Assembly: GCA_963666275.2 (NCBI GenBank)
Contig: CAXXOA010000001.1
Span: 1,664,001-1,728,000 of the forward strand
Direction: 5' to 3'
From: Oceanispirochaeta sp.
GTDB taxonomy: Bacteria; Spirochaetota; Spirochaetia; DSM-2461
Length of the DNA: 64,000 nt
Part shown: positions 60,945 through 64,000 of the stretch, one piece after another
How the letters are laid out: each line of letters begins with the position of its first letter
Position numbering within the stretch: position 1 is the first letter of the stretch
Translations under genes and position numbers: made by a program
Notes under the pieces: generated by a model
Databases searched by the model: none
Seen by the model: the letters and a program-made list of their open reading frames with translations, nothing else
What the model was told of the DNA's origin: nothing

Positions 60945-61119
60945 AGGATACTCCAAAAATAGAAATTCCATGCCATTATAGGAGAATTAATATCTAATAA
61001 CAAGATGGATTAAAATTCTCTTCTTTTTAAACTTATTATATAGTATTACTTTCGATTGGGAAATGTAAAAAAAAAGAATCGATTATAAACCTATTTCTAC
61101 GGGTATACAGGAGCTTCAT

Positions 61120-61653
61120 TTGAAATCATATATTCAGGTCTATACAGGAAATGGAAAGGGTAAAACCACAGCCTCTCTGGGACTGGCTCTGCGGGCTCTG
61201 GGAGCGGGCAAGTCTGTGTTCATCGGACAATTTCTCAAAAACGGCAATTACAGTGAAATAAAAATGCTTGATAAAATAGCTCCACTTCTGGGGCCTGATC
61301 AGAAGCTGGAGGTAAGACAGTACGGGGAGCCCCGTCTCATTAAACAGAAACCCCGACAGGAAGATAGGGATGCCGCCCGGAAAGGATGGGAATCCCTCTG
61401 CGATGCCCTCTCTTCAGAAGATTATGACCTTGTCATCATGGAAGAGATAAATGTGGCAGTTCATATGGATCTTATCTCCGAAGAGGAGGTCCTGCACATA
61501 ATGGACACAAAACCCTCCGGAGTTGAGCTTGTATTGACAGGACGTTATGCAACAGTAAATATAATAAACGCTGCAGACCTGGTGAGTCGTATTGATGATG
61601 TAAAACACTACTACCGGGCAGGAGTCAAAGCCAGGATAGGCATAGAAAGATAG
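61120..61653 (+). CDS. cobO: Cob(I)alamin adenosyltransferase (CobO/BtuR)
   Basis: YTGNGKGKTTASLG, QFLK, ELVLTGR, KH.Y..G..AR.GIE. Confidence 0.93.
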   Translation: MKSYIQVYTGNGKGKTTASLGLALRALGAGKSVFIGQFLKNGNYSEIKMLDKIAPLLGPDQKLEVRQYGEPRLIKQKPRQEDRDAARKGWESLCDALSSEDYDLVIMEEINVAVHMDLISEEEVLHIMDTKPSGVELVLTGRYATVNIINAADLVSRIDDVKHYYRAGVKARIGIER

Positions 61654-61654
61654 A

Positions 61655-63124
61655 TCAGACTCTTTCCAGGGCTTTGCGGTAGATCCTCAAATACTCCCTG
61701 GCCGAAGGGCCCCAGGAAAAGTCCTCTTTCATGGCGTTTTTCCGCATAAGATCAATAGTGGGTTTATCTTCCTGCCAGAGACGGCAGGCCCTTTCCAGGG
61801 CATTCAGGAATCCGGAAGGGGATATCTCTTCGTAAAGGAATCCGGTACCGGATTTTCCATCTTCAGAGAGTTCCTCCACAGTATCTGCCAATCCGCCTGT
61901 TCTCCTTACAATCGGAAGGGTCCCGTACTTCAGGGAGTAAAGCTGATTCAGACCGCAGGGTTCGTAACGGCTGGGCATCATGAAAAAATCGGCTCCCGCC
62001 TCGATAAGATGGGATAGCCTGTCGTTGTAGGTGATTTTTACAGAAAGATTCGGCAGTTCCTCCGAGAGTCTCAAAAGCTCTTTCTGGCACCACTCTTCAC
62101 CGGTTCCCAGTACGATGACCTGAACGGGATTGTTCCGGCAGAATTCGCTGAGAATCCCCTTATCGGGGTCACAGAGCTCGAATATTCCCTTCTGTTCCAC
62201 CAGTCTGCTTATCATGGCAAAAAGGGGTGTCTCTTCTGATACCTCAAGATCGAACTCTTTCTGGAGCCGTGCTTTTACAAGATCCTTTTTCTTGAGGGTT
62301 GATATGGTATAGTTGTCAGGGCTTAGATAGCTGTCTACAGCGGGATCCCACACGCTATAGTCCACTCCATTTACGATACCCACAAGGGATTCTTTTCTGC
62401 TGTAGAGGGAATCCTCCAGTCCGTGACCATAGGCGGCGGTCTGAATCTCTTCGGCATAGGTGGGAGATACTGTTGTGACAATGCCGCTGTGTTCAATTCC
62501 CGATTTCAGGTAATTCAATCTGCCTTCAGCAAGTATTCCCTTCTCTTCCATTTCCTTCTTTGTCAGGCCCGTCCAGGGTATGTCCCTCTGGGAGAACTCC
62601 CCCTGATACCCCATATTATGAATGGTAAAAACAGAGGCTTTAGGGCCGATTCCCTCCTGATCAGAGAGTTTGATATACAGAGGATTCAAACCTGTGGGCC
62701 AGTCATGACTGTGATAGATCTGCGGTTCCCAGTCCAGTTCTTCAGGAAGAAAAAGTGCCGCCCGGCTGAGTAAACTGTAGCGGATCCCGTTATCAGGATA
62801 GGCAGACGCCGGTGTGGGGCCGTAAATCCCTGTTCTGCTGAAGTACTTATCGGATCGGAGGAAATACACGGGAACCCGGGAGTCCGGTAGGACCCCTTCG
62901 TAGAGGCTTGCCCGTTCGATGCGGTTGGGAAAGGGGACCGGAAAGTTTTCTGAAATCACTTTTAAAGAGGACGCATCGATAAAACCGTAGAGCGGCATGA
63001 GAATCCTTACATCGGCCCCTTCTTTTTCCAGGGCTATGGACAGGGCGCTTACCATATCGGCCAAACCTCCGGATTTGGCAAAAGGGACAGCTTCGCTGGT
63101 TATCATTAATATCCGGTCTTTCAT
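61655..63124 (-). CDS. glgA: Glycogen synthase
   Basis: AKSGGLADM, HSHDW, FTIHNMGYQG, MPSRYEPCGLNQL; AGGAG RBS before ATG 63124. Confidence 0.97.
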   Translation of the reverse strand: MKDRILMITSEAVPFAKSGGLADMVSALSIALEKEGADVRILMPLYGFIDASSLKVISENFPVPFPNRIERASLYEGVLPDSRVPVYFLRSDKYFSRTGIYGPTPASAYPDNGIRYSLLSRAALFLPEELDWEPQIYHSHDWPTGLNPLYIKLSDQEGIGPKASVFTIHNMGYQGEFSQRDIPWTGLTKKEMEEKGILAEGRLNYLKSGIEHSGIVTTVSPTYAEEIQTAAYGHGLEDSLYSRKESLVGIVNGVDYSVWDPAVDSYLSPDNYTISTLKKKDLVKARLQKEFDLEVSEETPLFAMISRLVEQKGIFELCDPDKGILSEFCRNNPVQVIVLGTGEEWCQKELLRLSEELPNLSVKITYNDRLSHLIEAGADFFMMPSRYEPCGLNQLYSLKYGTLPIVRRTGGLADTVEELSEDGKSGTGFLYEEISPSGFLNALERACRLWQEDKPTIDLMRKNAMKEDFSWGPSAREYLRIYRKALERV

Positions 63125-63173
63125 GGGGAGCTCCTGTTCTGTAATTCTCATTTTTAGAATACCACTAAGCGGT

Positions 63174-64000
63174 CTATTCTTCCAGCGGAATCGGTAAATG
63201 TCCTGTGGGAGTGAAATCTCCCCGGATGGCTCCGAAGCCGGCGGCAAAAGACTCCCATCCCGTACCGTAAACAGCTACCGCATCCCTGACCCAGGGGGTT
63301 TCATTGATATAGACGGGAGTGAGTGAGGAAAGGACAATGAGTTTATCCTGAAGTGCCGAAAGCTCTTTCAGAATCCTCAGATCCTGATAGCGTGACAAAC
63401 TGAAAATAACAGTTTCAAAAGATTCGGCTCTGCGGAGAAGTTCATTTATGACCTGCCATTTCTCTTCGGTATCAAAAGAGTAGGGAATCCGCATCGTTTC
63501 CGCCTGGGGGAAAAATTCCAGTCCCTGACTCCGGTACTGGCTGAACATTCCGGCAATAAGGACAGAGGAGGAGTCTCCGATGGGGATCCTTTCATTTCTG
63601 AGAAGGGTTGTACTCCGGACGGCCTGACTGAAGAAAAAGGATTCTCCCCCCTCTGCAGGTATGGGGAGTGAGGGTTCAATCTCTGCCGGAAAGAGGGGGA
63701 CCCTGTCCTCTCTTTTCAGATACTCGATCTTTTTAAGAAGAACCTGACGGCAGGCCTGTTCCACGATTTTCCTGAATTCTTCATCCTCATTCATGAGAAC
63801 TGTCAGATGATCCCAGATTTTCTCATGATTTTCGGGATTTCTGCTGACAAGAAGGATATCACTCCCGGCTCTCAGGGACTCTTCGCACACTTCCGGCAGA
63901 GACAGGTCCCCCGCATGGGCGCCCTGCATAACAAGATCGTCAGTTATTATCAGTCCTTTGTACCCCATTTCCGTACGGAGAATATCTCTGAGAAAAAGAG
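63174..64000 (-). CDS. Glycoside hydrolase family 3 (beta-N-acetylhexosaminidase-like), 5' part outside window
   Basis: MGYKGLIITDDLVM, AGSDILL, C-terminal PTGHLPI. Confidence 0.85.
   Translation of the reverse strand, partial: LFLRDILRTEMGYKGLIITDDLVMQGAHAGDLSLPEVCEESLRAGSDILLVSRNPENHEKIWDHLTVLMNEDEEFRKIVEQACRQVLLKKIEYLKREDRVPLFPAEIEPSLPIPAEGGESFFFSQAVRSTTLLRNERIPIGDSSSVLIAGMFSQYRSQGLEFFPQAETMRIPYSFDTEEKWQVINELLRRAESFETVIFSLSRYQDLRILKELSALQDKLIVLSSLTPVYINETPWVRDAVAVYGTGWESFAAGFGAIRGDFTPTGHLPIPLEE

Overview
Bacterial chromosomal window; gene content (many chemoreceptors and lipoproteins, Maf, secA neighbourhood) suggests a free-living anaerobic spirochaete (inference). From 25 to 64 kb it is mostly housekeeping: Maf glycosyltransferase, PBP, lepB, M23 peptidase, secA, glgC/glgA, MrfAB-like helicase/nuclease, hrpB, tpx, chemoreceptors (one fused to an [FeFe]-hydrogenase-like domain), panE, cobO, GH3. 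The first 25 kb is the most interesting part. (i) A umuD-umuC-SRAP mutagenesis cassette whose UmuD lacks the catalytic Ser/Lys dyad and most of the N-terminal arm. (ii) An AT-rich island (about 5.2-13.2 kb) with hierarchical arrays of a REP-like motif (GGCTGAGCGGAGCCGAAGCC; 53-, 57- and 83-bp periods, with a second motif nested at a fixed site) surrounding a small GIY-YIG nuclease and interleaved with lipoprotein genes and a 5'-truncated polymorphic-toxin-like gene plus a candidate immunity lipoprotein. (iii) Directly adjacent, a tightly coupled 7-gene operon (lipoprotein, TolC, MFP, two Ig-repeat lipoproteins, two shortened and degenerate RND permeases) that may be an atypical export or assembly machine rather than a drug pump. 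All calls come from reading the sequence and recalled motifs; no searches were run.
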